Below, piece after piece: positions 1-9,724 of a DNA stretch of 58,535 bases. The position numbers and the translations under genes are program-made. Positions within the stretch are counted from its first letter, which is position 1. The number at the start of each line of letters is the position of its first letter. The DNA lies in the NCBI GenBank assembly GCA_045106885.1, contig JBGCFJ010000108.1:1-58535 (forward strand), read 5' to 3'. This stretch comes from Saprospiraceae bacterium. Lineage in GTDB: Bacteria > Bacteroidota > Bacteroidia > Chitinophagales > Saprospiraceae. The notes beneath the pieces are model-generated. The model had not been told where the DNA came from. It saw only the letters and a list, made by a program, of their open reading frames with translations, and did no database searches.

Positions 1-106
1 AAATTGAAAATTGAAAATTATCAAAAAGGGCGTTTTTCCATTTTTATAAGAAAACCCTTTAATCCGAGATGCCCATATCCGAGATATAAACTATTCATCT
101 TAACTT

Positions 107-970
107 GTGCATCTTATTTTTTATCCGTTACTTAGCAGTAGCTATAACAATCCTGTTAATCCACCTTTAAATCTCCGATTAAAATACGGAGTTAAAACCT
201 GTCATCCTGTGAGACCATACATCCTTGCCGAAACAAATTGGAAAACTGTCAAAGAGACGGACTATAAAGTAGCCGTTATGCCTTGGGGCGCAACCGAAGC
301 CCATAATTATCACCTACCCTATGCCACCGATAACTACCAAGTAGACCATGTGGCGGCAGCGGCTGCTAAAGTAGCTTGGGAAGCAGGCAGCAAAGTAATC
401 GTATTGCCTTGTATTCCCTATGGTATTAATACTGGACAATTAGATGTCAATTTGTGTATGAATATCAATCCTAGTACCCAAATGGCGATTCTAAAAGATA
501 CCGTAGATGTACTAGTTCGAGCAGGCATTGATAAATTGGTTTTGTTGAATGGGCATGGTGGCAATAATTTTAAAAATATGATTCGGGAGATGTCTTTTCA
601 TTTTCCAGAAATGTTTATTTGTTGGGCCAATTGGTATCAAGCAGTCGATTGGACAAAATATTTTGACGACCCTGGCGACCACGCAGGGGAAATGGAAACA
701 AGCGCAATGATGCATATAGCACCTGATTTAGTTCGACCTCTAGCAGAAGCAGGAGACGGGGCAGCCAAACGCTTTAAAATTAAAGCTTTCAAAGAAGGTT
801 GGGTCACTTCTCAACGGAAATGGACGCAAGTGACAGCCGATACAGGCGTAGGTAATCCTTATCCTTCAACGGCGGAAAAAGGAAAGATTTATTTGGATGC
901 TTGTGCTAAAAATATTGGGCAATTATTGGTAGATTTAGCTAAGACGCCGAATGCGGAGTTGTATGAGTGA
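107..970 (+). CDS. creatininase (creatinine amidohydrolase) family protein
   Basis: 287-aa ORF. MPWGATEAHNYHLPYATD and LNGHGGN match the metal-binding signatures of the creatininase fold. The track start at 107 is a GTG. The in-frame GTG at 209 (VRPYILAETNW) is a more plausible start. Confidence 0.75.
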   Translation: MHLIFYPLLSSSYNNPVNPPLNLRLKYGVKTCHPVRPYILAETNWKTVKETDYKVAVMPWGATEAHNYHLPYATDNYQVDHVAAAAAKVAWEAGSKVIVLPCIPYGINTGQLDVNLCMNINPSTQMAILKDTVDVLVRAGIDKLVLLNGHGGNNFKNMIREMSFHFPEMFICWANWYQAVDWTKYFDDPGDHAGEMETSAMMHIAPDLVRPLAEAGDGAAKRFKIKAFKEGWVTSQRKWTQVTADTGVGNPYPSTAEKGKIYLDACAKNIGQLLVDLAKTPNAELYE

Positions 971-1012
971 TGGTGGTGGAATGTTCTAATGCTCTAAAAA
1001 CTTTATCTTGAG

Positions 1013-1143
1013 TGTCGTCAGGAGACGACGAGATAATCATTCCTAGTCTGGAGACTAGGAATATCGGTGCTCGATGTGTCTAGTCTCCAGATTAGACATG
1101 ACTATCCGCTGAGCCTGCTCCGATTTTATCGGAGTCTCCTGAC
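1013..1143. repeat. cluster of nested short hairpins; contains one dispersed 24-nt unit
   Basis: Read directly: gtcgtcaggagacgac, attcctagtctggagactaggaat, tgtctagtctccagattagaca, ctccgattttatcggag. Outer pairing is tcaggagac (1018-1026) with gtctcctga (1134-1142). The unit gagcctgctccgattttatcggag (1111-1134) recurs inverted at 8488-8511. Confidence 0.8.
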
Positions 1144-1233
1144 CAGCATTGAGAACTTACAAATAAATTATTTGATATTTAGTTATCTCGCCGAAAATGA
1201 CTTTTAGAGAAAGCCCAACAATAAAACAATCAT

Positions 1234-1863
1234 TTATTCTCCATACCTCCTTGTTCCAAAATTTTTCCCTAACGCCCGTAGTTTATTCCTTCGTTCTTCT
1301 TTACTCAAGGATTCATCGTTGTAAATAGCATCTAATCCTTGACTGAATAATTCGTGATTTCGAATAGCGGTATTAATCCATTCGGTAAATTTGGCATCAT
1401 CTCCATGTTCCCAATACCCAGATTCATCTAGCACTTCAAATACCTCAAAGTACTTACTGGACAGGTGTTTAAATAATTTGCAAAGGGCTAAATGTCCAGC
1501 CCCTTTATCATAACCCGTTTTGACTCTTTGCCAAGGGAAGACTGCATCATCTAAGAAAAAAGTGGGGTTGGTTAGGGTGAGTAGGGACTGCAATAACCCA
1601 TTAGGCAAAAAGGTCAACCAAATGCCTTCGGAATCACCAATGCTAAAAGAGATGCCTTTGAGTGGTGCATGGCCCTCAAAGTTCATAGCACCATCTCCAA
1701 AACCCATAGATAAGGTTTGCGGTGCTGTCCAATCTTCTTCCCATACTCGGTAGGACCAGCCATTGGTACGGCAAATATCCTCTGTTTCTTTGATTAGTTG
1801 AAAAACATCGTTAGGTTGTTTTAATTGACCTCGATAACGAATTTTGAGGTAAAAATCTGACAT
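1234..1863 (-). CDS. hypothetical protein (209 aa, soluble, no recognised domain)
   Basis: Long ORF with ordinary codon composition. It is flanked on both sides by palindromic elements. No motif I can name. Confidence 0.5.
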   Translation of the reverse strand: MSDFYLKIRYRGQLKQPNDVFQLIKETEDICRTNGWSYRVWEEDWTAPQTLSMGFGDGAMNFEGHAPLKGISFSIGDSEGIWLTFLPNGLLQSLLTLTNPTFFLDDAVFPWQRVKTGYDKGAGHLALCKLFKHLSSKYFEVFEVLDESGYWEHGDDAKFTEWINTAIRNHELFSQGLDAIYNDESLSKEERRNKLRALGKNFGTRRYGE

Positions 1864-1904
1864 GTTGTGTAGTTTTTAGATAGTCAGATTGAAAATTGAT
1901 AATC

Positions 1905-1938
1905 ACGTGTCGGACACCTCCAAAGGTGTCCGACACGT
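1905..1938. repeat. 34-nt palindrome, GTGTCGGACAC family
   Basis: acgtgtcggacacctccaaaggtgtccgacacgt is a perfect 14-bp stem. Related copies lie at 30401-30431, 30464-30494 and 36021-36049, with half-copies at 14798-14824 and 15183-15202. Confidence 0.85.
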
Positions 1939-2234
1939 TCGACTAACCATTTATCAGTTTTTTATCTGACGCTCTATTAGTTTTCAAATATGTTGTTGTT
2001 AGTCTATTGCAATTTAGTTTTTTTGACACAAGTTTCACTGATTTTTATGATTTTTTAGATAGAAAAGTCGTAGTAGATGGAATAAGTAATCAGATTAAAA
2101 ATAGGTAATTGTCTGTTGTCTTTCTTCACCCGTTGGTGAGAAATAGACCAGCGGAGGACTCTAACTATGGGATAATAATTCCAATAAAATCATAAAAAAT
2201 AGCTTAATAATCAGCTTCAAAAAAGAAAAAATCC

Positions 2235-3716
2235 TTACAAATCCATCACCGCCTCCACATCAGGGTCAAGCTCTGGTTTTTCTGATGCCAAAGAAATCCC
2301 AATAAATAAAATCAGAGAAACGGTCAAAGCCAAAGCTCCCACATCAATATTATAAGGTACCGATATTTTAAATATTTTAATGACAAAATTTACGACCAAA
2401 CTGGAAATAACGGCAATATTTGCTGCCATTGGAGTTGCTCGTTTCCAATTAAAACCAAGCACCACTACAGGCACAATAGCAGCGGCAAAAGTTCCCCAGC
2501 CAAAAGCACCCAAGATAGCCACTAAGTCACCAGAGTAAAGCGCAAAAACTGCCGCAAATATGGTGATTAAAGCAGTCGTCATTCTTGCCCAAAATAATTC
2601 ATTGTTAATCGTTTTGCCAATGGCTTTTGGAATATCGTGCATAATAGCCGCCGTTCCGATATTCAAAAAAGCATCAGCGGTAGACATAATTGCAGCAAAT
2701 AAACCAGCAAATACGACCCCTGCTAAAACTGGATGGGCATAATTTTGTAAAAATTGAGAGGCGGCGGCATCCGCATTTGCCAATTCTGGTTGTACGCCTT
2801 GAATCACTAAAGCACGCATGGCTAAACCTATCCCTATCCATAATAAGGCAGAAAATAAATAACCCATTGCGGAAAGCGGTAAAATATATTTGGCATCCTT
2901 CACATTTTTATACATCATCATTTTGGTAATGACATGCGGTTGTCCTGAACTCCCCAATCCAAAGACAAAAAACCAACTCAGACAGCCGACCATTCCCAAT
3001 GTTCCCCAAGGTCCAATCGCTTCTGGGTCATGCTCTTGGATGGTTTGACTAATTTCTGCAAAGCCATTATCAAACGTATAAACGACGGTCAGAAAGACTA
3101 AAGTTGCCGCAACGACCATCACACCACCTTGAATTAAATCCGAATAAACGGAAGCGACAATCCCACCCGTTACACTATAAAAAACCAAAATAGAGCAAGA
3201 AATCAAAACACACATTTCTAGACTAATATTGGCTAAAAAATCTGTTTCGATTAATATATCTTTTAAGACCACTGCCATCGCCAAAATTTGCGTAGCTAAA
3301 TACCCCAATACCCCTAAAACAATAGCTAAAGCAACTAGAAAACTAGTAGACCGCTTTCCATATCTCAAAAAAACAACATCGGGTAAAGACAACGAATTTC
3401 CTAATTCAGAAAATAAGCGCAAGCGTTTCGCCAAGAGCATAAAAGAAATATTATAGCCCATCACCGCACAAACGACCATCCACACAGAACTCATCCCCAG
3501 TTTATACACCAAGCCTGGTCCACCAACAAAGCCGAAACCACTCAAAGTACTAGAAAACACCGCAAAAGCAGTTACCATAATCCCTAAATCCCGTCCTGCC
3601 ATGAAAAAATCATGGGTCGATTTAGTTCGGCGCAATGCCCAAATACCTACGCCTATGCATAAAAGCATGTATAAGGCAACAAAGGTTAAAATGATTGGAT
3701 TTCTATAGGCTTCCAT
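2235..3716 (-). CDS. sodium:solute symporter (SSS) family transporter
   Basis: 493 aa with about 13 hydrophobic segments. The overall pattern (GRDLG, SGFGFVGGPGL, GSSGQPHV) is typical of the SSF/PutP-PanF-like family. Confidence 0.8.
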   Translation of the reverse strand: MEAYRNPIILTFVALYMLLCIGVGIWALRRTKSTHDFFMAGRDLGIMVTAFAVFSSTLSGFGFVGGPGLVYKLGMSSVWMVVCAVMGYNISFMLLAKRLRLFSELGNSLSLPDVVFLRYGKRSTSFLVALAIVLGVLGYLATQILAMAVVLKDILIETDFLANISLEMCVLISCSILVFYSVTGGIVASVYSDLIQGGVMVVAATLVFLTVVYTFDNGFAEISQTIQEHDPEAIGPWGTLGMVGCLSWFFVFGLGSSGQPHVITKMMMYKNVKDAKYILPLSAMGYLFSALLWIGIGLAMRALVIQGVQPELANADAAASQFLQNYAHPVLAGVVFAGLFAAIMSTADAFLNIGTAAIMHDIPKAIGKTINNELFWARMTTALITIFAAVFALYSGDLVAILGAFGWGTFAAAIVPVVVLGFNWKRATPMAANIAVISSLVVNFVIKIFKISVPYNIDVGALALTVSLILFIGISLASEKPELDPDVEAVMDL

Positions 3717-3722
3717 AACGTT

Positions 3723-3813
3723 AATGATGAATGATGAACTATGAATGATGAATTCGTTAAAACTGCCGACTGATAACTGCTAAACTGTCACACTGCCAAA
3801 CTGCCTACTGCCC
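3723..3813. repeat. two back-to-back word arrays: (ATGATGAA)n ending in GAATTCG, then (ACTGCC-like)n
   Basis: aatgatgaatgatgaactatgaatgatgaattcg (3723-3756) starts 7 nt upstream of the SSS start codon. aactgccgactgataactgctaaactgtcacactgccaaactgcctactgccc (3761-3813) overlaps the stop of the upstream gene. Confidence 0.8.
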
Positions 3814-4338
3814 CCGTTCCCTCCGTCTAGCCATAATCTCCTCAAATCGTTTTTCGTCTTCGGCATTATAAATCCATGTTTCGAATTGAGTGGAATAGCA
3901 ATAGGCGATAAAAAAAGGGGTTAGCATAATGCCAAAAAGCATCCAAGCGGTAGGTTTGGGTAAGCCCATAAAATAATCCATATTATTGGTAGCGACATAT
4001 TCCCACCAAGACCGTACTAGCATGGTATAAACAAATAGCATAGCGGTGATGCCGATAGCTAAGGCTCGATATAATTTTTTTCTGATAGTCGCCTCTTTTT
4101 TCCGACCACCTATAAATAGCATAAACCCAAAAATGGAGATAATGCCCACCCCAAACAGATAAGCTAGATATTTGACTGTCGGATTCGCCACTACTGTTTG
4201 ACCACTTTTATTTAACGTCGCAAAAGTTGTGTCCGTTAAGCCCGTCGCATTTTCTGGTACGTCAGAAGTCCATAAAGCAATAATCAATACCCCAAATAAA
4301 AGCAAAAAGCCAAAAAATAATTTTACTATTTTATCCAT
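3805..4338 (-). CDS. hypothetical integral membrane protein, co-directional upstream partner of the SSS transporter
   Basis: 177 aa with about 4 predicted TM helices and a charged C-terminal tail (RRRERGQ). It ends 88 nt before the SSS gene. Confidence 0.55.
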   Translation of the reverse strand: MDKIVKLFFGFLLLFGVLIIALWTSDVPENATGLTDTTFATLNKSGQTVVANPTVKYLAYLFGVGIISIFGFMLFIGGRKKEATIRKKLYRALAIGITAMLFVYTMLVRSWWEYVATNNMDYFMGLPKPTAWMLFGIMLTPFFIAYCYSTQFETWIYNAEDEKRFEEIMARRRERGQ

Positions 4339-4500
4339 GTTTTTTGTTTTGGAATTGCTAAAGTCCTAAAATTAATATCTTTTTTGACTTTATTTAGGAA
4401 TGGGGAGGGGATTTGGGAAATTTATTGATGGTTTGAGGAGTAGAAAATAGACTTAACACAAAAAAGCCCCATCCAAAAAATGAATGAGGCTTTAATATAG

Positions 4501-4582
4501 TACCGAAGGCGGGAATCGAACCCGCACATCCGAGGATACTGGATTTTGAATCCAGCGCGTCTACCAGTTCCGCCACTTCGGC
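4501..4582 (-). tRNA. tRNA-Leu (anticodon CAA)
   Basis: The reverse complement reads GCCGAAGTGGCGGAACTGGTAGACGCGCTGGATTCAAAATCCAGTATCCTCGGATGTGCGGGTTCGATTCCCGCCTTCGGTA. It has a 7-bp acceptor stem, an anticodon stem CTGGA/TCCAG with loop TTCAAAA, a long variable arm and a GGTTCGATTCC T-arm. CCA is not encoded. Confidence 0.93.
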
Positions 4583-4809
4583 AATTTAAGAAATAGGGTA
4601 GTTTATTTCGGAGGGCAAAAGTAGGAAATATTTATAATACTAGCAATATCAAAGACGGTCTATTTTTAAGTCATTTTTTGATTTAGTAAAATTATCCTTA
4701 GTAAGTGACTTTATTAGTATGCTTCGTCCAATTAAAAAGTCAGTCCAACCCGTCTATTTTGACATTTGACCAAAGGTTATTATACGATAACCTTAAAAAA
4801 AGAAGTATT

Positions 4810-5019
4810 ATGGCTTGGGGAGATGAAAACTTATCGGATACGGTAAAAGAAAAAATTAAAGATTTTGTATGGTCTAATTTAGCTTCAAGAAGAATCATGG
4901 CACAAACTGCTGATTTGTACACGGATAAGATTCTATCTGTAATTATTGCAATGCTTGGTGGAAAAGAACCAGACAAGGACGATGCAGATGGCCCCTCCGA
5001 AGAAGATAATTTAGGGTAG
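4810..5019 (+). CDS. small hypothetical protein (69 aa, acidic C-terminus)
   Basis: The ATG at 4810 (MAWGDENLSD) lies inside the 4705..5019 ORF, whose own start is a GTG. A strong terminator hairpin follows directly. No domain recognised. Confidence 0.4.
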   Translation: MAWGDENLSDTVKEKIKDFVWSNLASRRIMAQTADLYTDKILSVIIAMLGGKEPDKDDADGPSEEDNLG

Positions 5020-5023
5020 CAAT

Positions 5024-5071
5024 AAAAAAGGTATCAAATCAGATGATCGCTGAATTGATACCTTTTTTTTT
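5024..5071. terminator. bidirectional rho-independent terminator
   Basis: aaaaaaggtatcaa-N17-ttgatacctttttttttt: an A-run, an 8-bp GC-containing stem and a T-run, between convergent genes. Confidence 0.7.
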
Positions 5072-5094
5072 AAAGACGGTGTACGGTAAAATGG

Positions 5095-5176
5095 TTCACT
5101 GCCCACTGCAAACTGCAAAACTGCCTACTGTAAACTGTTCACTGCCGACTGCAAAACTACCTACTGTTCACTGCCA
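5095..5176. repeat. ACTGCC-type word array
   Basis: ttcactgcccactgcaaactgcaaaactgcctactgtaaactgttcactgccgactgcaaaactacctactgttcactgcc. It overlaps the last codons and stop of the minus-strand BNR gene. Confidence 0.8.
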
Positions 5177-8100
5177 ACACCACTTCGCACCGCCTCTTTC
5201 ACTTTCGCAATTGACCGATAAGCGGCAACATGTTTTTTCAACAAACCAGATAATTCCTTTAATCTAGTAATCGCATCGTCCCCTGGCTGTTGGTCTGCCG
5301 CATCAATCATGTAATTAAGGTAACGGAACTGGTCTAACAACATCGGTTTTTGATAGCGCCCTTTCTTGGTCACAAACTGCTGCATCAAATCATCTAATTG
5401 CTCGATTTGTTTGATTTGAGATTTGCTGCGTTTATCCAATGGAATAGTCGTTAATTTAGTTTTTATTTTTTCGATATTGGCGAGGGTTTGTTTCGCTAAA
5501 TTTCTTTGTGTCCTTACTTTTAAATTGATGGTTTCTTGTGCTTTTATTTCCGCAATGGTTACGCCACTGGTTGCCACTTTTGGGTCCATTTTAATCGTAA
5601 ACGTTTCATGAAAAGTTTGCCCATTCACTTTCAAACGTGCCGTATATTCGCCAGGGCTGACTAACGCACCATTTCTGCCACTTCTTTTAGCGTCTTTGTC
5701 CCAAACCCCTTCGTGTCGCATATCCCAACGAAATTGGTGTAAGCCTTCACCTGTTTTTAGTAATGGTGTTGTGCCTCTACCCGAAAATTCAGTAGACATA
5801 TTTCGCTCTTTATCTACTTTCTTTTTGGCGGCATCTACACTTCTAAAACTACGAATGGCCTCTCCTGAACTATTTAAAATATCTAAGCTAATCATGCTTT
5901 TAGCAGTATTCTTTAAATAGTAATTAATATTAACGCCATTGGAAGGGTAGTGTGGAATGCTATTTTTACTAGTTCCTCTATATCGCAATCTGTATTCGTC
6001 TCTTGGCTGGAATAATTGGGCATCTGTTGCAGCTATTTTATCCATAGATTCGTGTAAAATGGATAAATCATCTAATATCCAAAATGACCGCCCCATAGTA
6101 GAAACGACCAAATCTTTTTGGTGGACTTTTAAATCGCTAATTGGGGTAACAGGTAAATTATTCTGGAAGGCATGCCAGTTTTCCCCATCGTCTAAAGACA
6201 CAAATAGCCCATACTCTGTACCTGCATATAATACCCCTTCTTTATCGGGGTCTTCTCTAAGTACTCTTACTGGATAATCATTTGGAATGCCCTTGGTAAT
6301 CAATGTCCAATCTTGACCATAATTTTCTGTTTTATAAATATAGGGTGTCCAGTCGCCTAATTGATAGCGCAAAGAAGTGAAATAAGCTTTTCCTGCTTGA
6401 TGTGCTGATGGTTCTACACAATCTATTCGACCACCTTTTGGTAAACTTTTAGGGGTTACATTTTTCCAACCATCTTTGCCGCTATCTTGTGTCACATAGA
6501 CAGGCCCATCGTTTGCCCCTGTCCAAATTAATCCTGCTTGTAACTGCGATTCTCTGATGGAATAAATGGTGCTATAAAATTCTTCTCCTGTTACATCTCT
6601 AGTTATTGGGAAACCAGAAATTACTTGTCTTTTTGGGTCAAAATCTGTTAAATCTGGCGAAATGGTTTCCCAAGTTTGCCCATCATTGGTGGTTTTGTGG
6701 ACATATTGAGAAGTATGGTAAACCACATCTGGATTATGTGGCGAGACATGGATTGGAGAAACCCGCTGGAAACGATATTTTAACTCTTTCGGATTGTGTC
6801 CATACATATTACTAGCACCGACATAATACTTTTTTTCTTGCCCTGTTTTTTTATTATAAACCCCAAATCGACCTTTACAATTAGCGTAAACAATATCTGG
6901 ATTGCCTGGTTTGGGTACAACTGGTCCCGTTTCACAACCACCTACACTTAATAAAATTTGCTCTTGTCCACCAGAACTCAAAAAAGTGGGTAAACTAGGT
7001 AAAGCTAAAGTCGAATTATCTTGTTGTCCTGCATAAATCCAATAAGGTACTTGGTCATCCACTTCAATTTGGTATAATTCTGCGGTTGCTTGATTAAATT
7101 GGTTCGACCAACTTACCCCCCCATTTAAAGTTACATTAACCCCACCATCATTCGCCTGAATAAAATTCATAGAATCGGCTGGATTAATCCAAATATCATG
7201 GTTGTCGCCATGTGGGGTACGCATTCTTTTCCACGTTTTTCCAGCATCTTTAGATTTAAAAAATCGAGTGGCAGAAGCGTATAAAACATCCGCATTTTGC
7301 GGGTCTGCTTTGATATTACAATAATAAAATGGACGGTCTAGTAATTCTTTTTTATAAGAGACTAATTCAAAACTAGCACCGTAGTCATCAGACCGATATA
7401 GCCCGCCTCTACCTGCTTCACTTTCTTCCTCAGGCGCTTCAATTAGGGCATAGACTCTGCTAGGGTCATTGGCAGAAACGGTTAAATCCGCTTTTCCAAT
7501 TAATCCTTGTGGTAAGCCTTTTGCTAATTTAGTCCAATTGTCTCCACCATCTGTTGATTTATAAATACCGCCTTCTTTCATCCCTCCACTAATAATCGTC
7601 CAAGGTGTTCGTTGTGCTTTCCATGCTGCCGCATAAATAATATTCGGATTGTCTGGTGCAAATTCTACATCTACAATCCCTATTTTATCATTGATGTATA
7701 AACTTTTTGACCAAGTTTTGCCGCCATCTTTCGAGCGATACAAGCCTCTTTCTTCATTGGGATTAAAGGCTTGACCAATAGCGGCTACAAAAATGGTGTT
7801 GGGGTCAGTTGGATGAATTTCTACTGCTCCAATTTGTCCCGTTTTTGATAAACCAACATGTTCCCAAGTTTTGCCCTCATCGGTGGTTTTATAAACCCCT
7901 TTTCCAGCAATAATATTACTTCTAATTCCATCTGAACCTGTTCCTACATAAATCGTTTTTGGATTTTTTTGGTCAACGGTAATCGCACCAATGGAAGGGG
8001 TAGCAAAATAGCCATCCGAAATATTTTTCCAGTTGATACCATAGTCTTCCGTTTTCCAAACGCCTCCACCTGTTGCTCCCATATAATAAGTAGACGGTTG

Positions 8101-8283
8101 AGTGTTTACTCCTGCAACTGCGGTTACTCGACCACCTCTCGTTGGGCCAATACAACGGTAGTCAAAAGTTGCTAGGATGGTGGTATCTATCCACGTTTTT
8201 GATACTTTTGTTTGTGCAAAAATATCAGTGGTGCTATTGAGTACTAGAAAAAGGATGAGGTATTTAAGGTACTGATTAGGCAT
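5161..8283 (-). CDS. BNR/Asp-box repeat protein (VPS10/sortilin-like, often annotated glycosyl hydrolase), secreted
   Basis: 1040 aa with an N-terminal signal peptide. Many Asp-box motifs are present: TEDYGINW, TTDEGKTW, SKDGGKTW, STDGGDNW, SKDAGKTW, TNDGQTW, SLDDGENW. Confidence 0.75.
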   Translation of the reverse strand: MPNQYLKYLILFLVLNSTTDIFAQTKVSKTWIDTTILATFDYRCIGPTRGGRVTAVAGVNTQPSTYYMGATGGGVWKTEDYGINWKNISDGYFATPSIGAITVDQKNPKTIYVGTGSDGIRSNIIAGKGVYKTTDEGKTWEHVGLSKTGQIGAVEIHPTDPNTIFVAAIGQAFNPNEERGLYRSKDGGKTWSKSLYINDKIGIVDVEFAPDNPNIIYAAAWKAQRTPWTIISGGMKEGGIYKSTDGGDNWTKLAKGLPQGLIGKADLTVSANDPSRVYALIEAPEEESEAGRGGLYRSDDYGASFELVSYKKELLDRPFYYCNIKADPQNADVLYASATRFFKSKDAGKTWKRMRTPHGDNHDIWINPADSMNFIQANDGGVNVTLNGGVSWSNQFNQATAELYQIEVDDQVPYWIYAGQQDNSTLALPSLPTFLSSGGQEQILLSVGGCETGPVVPKPGNPDIVYANCKGRFGVYNKKTGQEKKYYVGASNMYGHNPKELKYRFQRVSPIHVSPHNPDVVYHTSQYVHKTTNDGQTWETISPDLTDFDPKRQVISGFPITRDVTGEEFYSTIYSIRESQLQAGLIWTGANDGPVYVTQDSGKDGWKNVTPKSLPKGGRIDCVEPSAHQAGKAYFTSLRYQLGDWTPYIYKTENYGQDWTLITKGIPNDYPVRVLREDPDKEGVLYAGTEYGLFVSLDDGENWHAFQNNLPVTPISDLKVHQKDLVVSTMGRSFWILDDLSILHESMDKIAATDAQLFQPRDEYRLRYRGTSKNSIPHYPSNGVNINYYLKNTAKSMISLDILNSSGEAIRSFRSVDAAKKKVDKERNMSTEFSGRGTTPLLKTGEGLHQFRWDMRHEGVWDKDAKRSGRNGALVSPGEYTARLKVNGQTFHETFTIKMDPKVATSGVTIAEIKAQETINLKVRTQRNLAKQTLANIEKIKTKLTTIPLDKRSKSQIKQIEQLDDLMQQFVTKKGRYQKPMLLDQFRYLNYMIDAADQQPGDDAITRLKELSGLLKKHVAAYRSIAKVKEAVRSGVGSEQ

Positions 8284-8419
8284 AATTTGAAGTGCTAGGT
8301 TTGTTAATATCGCAATGAATTATGAAGCATTCATGCCCAACAAAGGTATAAAATGTTGTTGAACTGTTTGCATAAAAATCGTTTTTGTCTTTTAGCAACA
8401 GTAATCCGCTATCTTTTTA

Positions 8420-8427
8420 TAATTTTG
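8420..8427 (+). promoter_or_regulatory. candidate Bacteroidota -7 promoter box (TAnnTTTG) for gldA
   Basis: TAATTTTG followed by CAG, about 120 nt upstream of the gldA ATG. This is a motif match only. Confidence 0.3.
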
Positions 8428-8547
8428 CAGCCACTATCACGTTAAGTTTAGTGCATCTAATTTGTTTATAATTTTCATTTGGTAGACCTCCGATAAAAAT
8501 CGGAGCAGGCTATGAACCGTCTACCGTGAACCGTTAACCGTCCATCA

Positions 8548-9453
8548 ATGTCAGTAATTGTTAACAAGCTAACAAAAATATATGGTCAACAGAAGGCCAT
8601 TAATAATATTAGTTTTGAAGCTAAAAAAGGAGAAGTGCTCGGTTTTTTAGGACCGAATGGAGCTGGGAAAACAACGACTATGAAAATTGTTACTTGTTTT
8701 ATCCCTCAAACGGAAGGCAAGGCAGAAGTCTGTGGTTATGATGTAGCAACTGACCCTTTGGCAGTTCGAGCAAGAATTGGTTACTTGCCTGAACATAATC
8801 CTGTTTATAAAGATTTATACGTTAAAGAATATTTATCTTTTGTCGCAGGTTTGCATAAAGTAAAAAACAAGCGAAAAAGAGTAGCAGAAATGATAGAACG
8901 GACAGGCTTGCAACGAGAACAAAACAAAATTATCGGTTCTTTGTCTAAAGGATATAGACAAAGAGTGGGCTTAGCACAAGCAATGCTGCACGACCCCGAA
9001 GTATTAATTTTAGACGAACCTACTTCTGGTTTAGACCCCAATCAATTGATAGAAATTCGGCGTTTGATAAAAGAATTGGGGCAAGAAAAAACGGTTATCT
9101 TTTCCACGCATATTATGCAAGAAGTTCAAGCACTTTGTGATAGAGTGATTATTATCAATAAAGGAGAAATGGTTGCTAATGATACCATTGCAACCCTCCA
9201 ACAAAAAGTATCTGGAGAAACGGTTATTACGGTAGAATTTGCCCAGAAAATCTTGCAAAAACAATTAACTAAAATCGAGCAGATTAAGACGATTAAATCT
9301 TTAGGGAATGGTCGTTGGCAATTTGTTTCTGAAAAAAATAAGGATATTAGAAGCGATATTTTCAATTTTGCGGTCGCTAATAATTTGACTTTATTGGAAA
9401 TGAAGAAAGAGCAATATAGTGTGGAGGATGTATTTCAAGAATTGACAAAATAG
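8548..9453 (+). CDS. gldA: gliding-motility ABC transporter ATP-binding subunit GldA
   Basis: 301 aa with Walker A GPNGAGKTT, signature LSKGYRQR and Walker B LILDEPT. The N-terminus resembles Flavobacterium GldA, and gldF and gldG follow. Confidence 0.8.
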   Translation: MSVIVNKLTKIYGQQKAINNISFEAKKGEVLGFLGPNGAGKTTTMKIVTCFIPQTEGKAEVCGYDVATDPLAVRARIGYLPEHNPVYKDLYVKEYLSFVAGLHKVKNKRKRVAEMIERTGLQREQNKIIGSLSKGYRQRVGLAQAMLHDPEVLILDEPTSGLDPNQLIEIRRLIKELGQEKTVIFSTHIMQEVQALCDRVIIINKGEMVANDTIATLQQKVSGETVITVEFAQKILQKQLTKIEQIKTIKSLGNGRWQFVSEKNKDIRSDIFNFAVANNLTLLEMKKEQYSVEDVFQELTK

Positions 9454-9500
9454 ATAGTCATTGGTCAGTTAGATAATCAGATGAAAAACTGATATTTTTT

Positions 9501-9611
9501 AGAGGTCAGAAGTCAGACCGAAAATTGAAATTTTCTGTCAGAAGCCAGATTGAATATAGGCAACAAACTGAATGTCAGAGATTTATATTTATTCAATCTG
9601 ACTTCTGACAG
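9501..9611. repeat. dispersed ~50-nt repeat (copy 1) plus local inverted repeat
   Basis: agaggtcagaagtcagaccgaaaattgaaattttctgtcagaagccagattg (9501-9552) matches 11457-11506 with 3 mismatches. ctgtcagaagccagattg (9535-9552) pairs with caatctgacttctgacag (9594-9611). Confidence 0.8.
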
Positions 9612-9724
9612 TTTATGTAATAAACGGTCTGACTGCTCACTTCTTTCTAGGTATCAATTTTCTTTCTGATTATCTAGTAGTGCATTAGTCATTGATTATC
9701 AACAATTAATTCTAAACATAAATA

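Noticed and set aside
4394-4576. 60-aa ORF (MAELVDALDSKSS...)
   Set aside because: It is the translation of the tRNA-Leu gene and its flank, a classic tRNA shadow ORF.
5043-5267. 74-aa ORF with repetitive LPTAKLPTV sequence. The 83-aa ORF at 55080..55331 (AVAVAVGSGQWQW) is similar.
   Set aside because: Both are simply translations of the ACTGCC word arrays. They are repeat artefacts, not genes.
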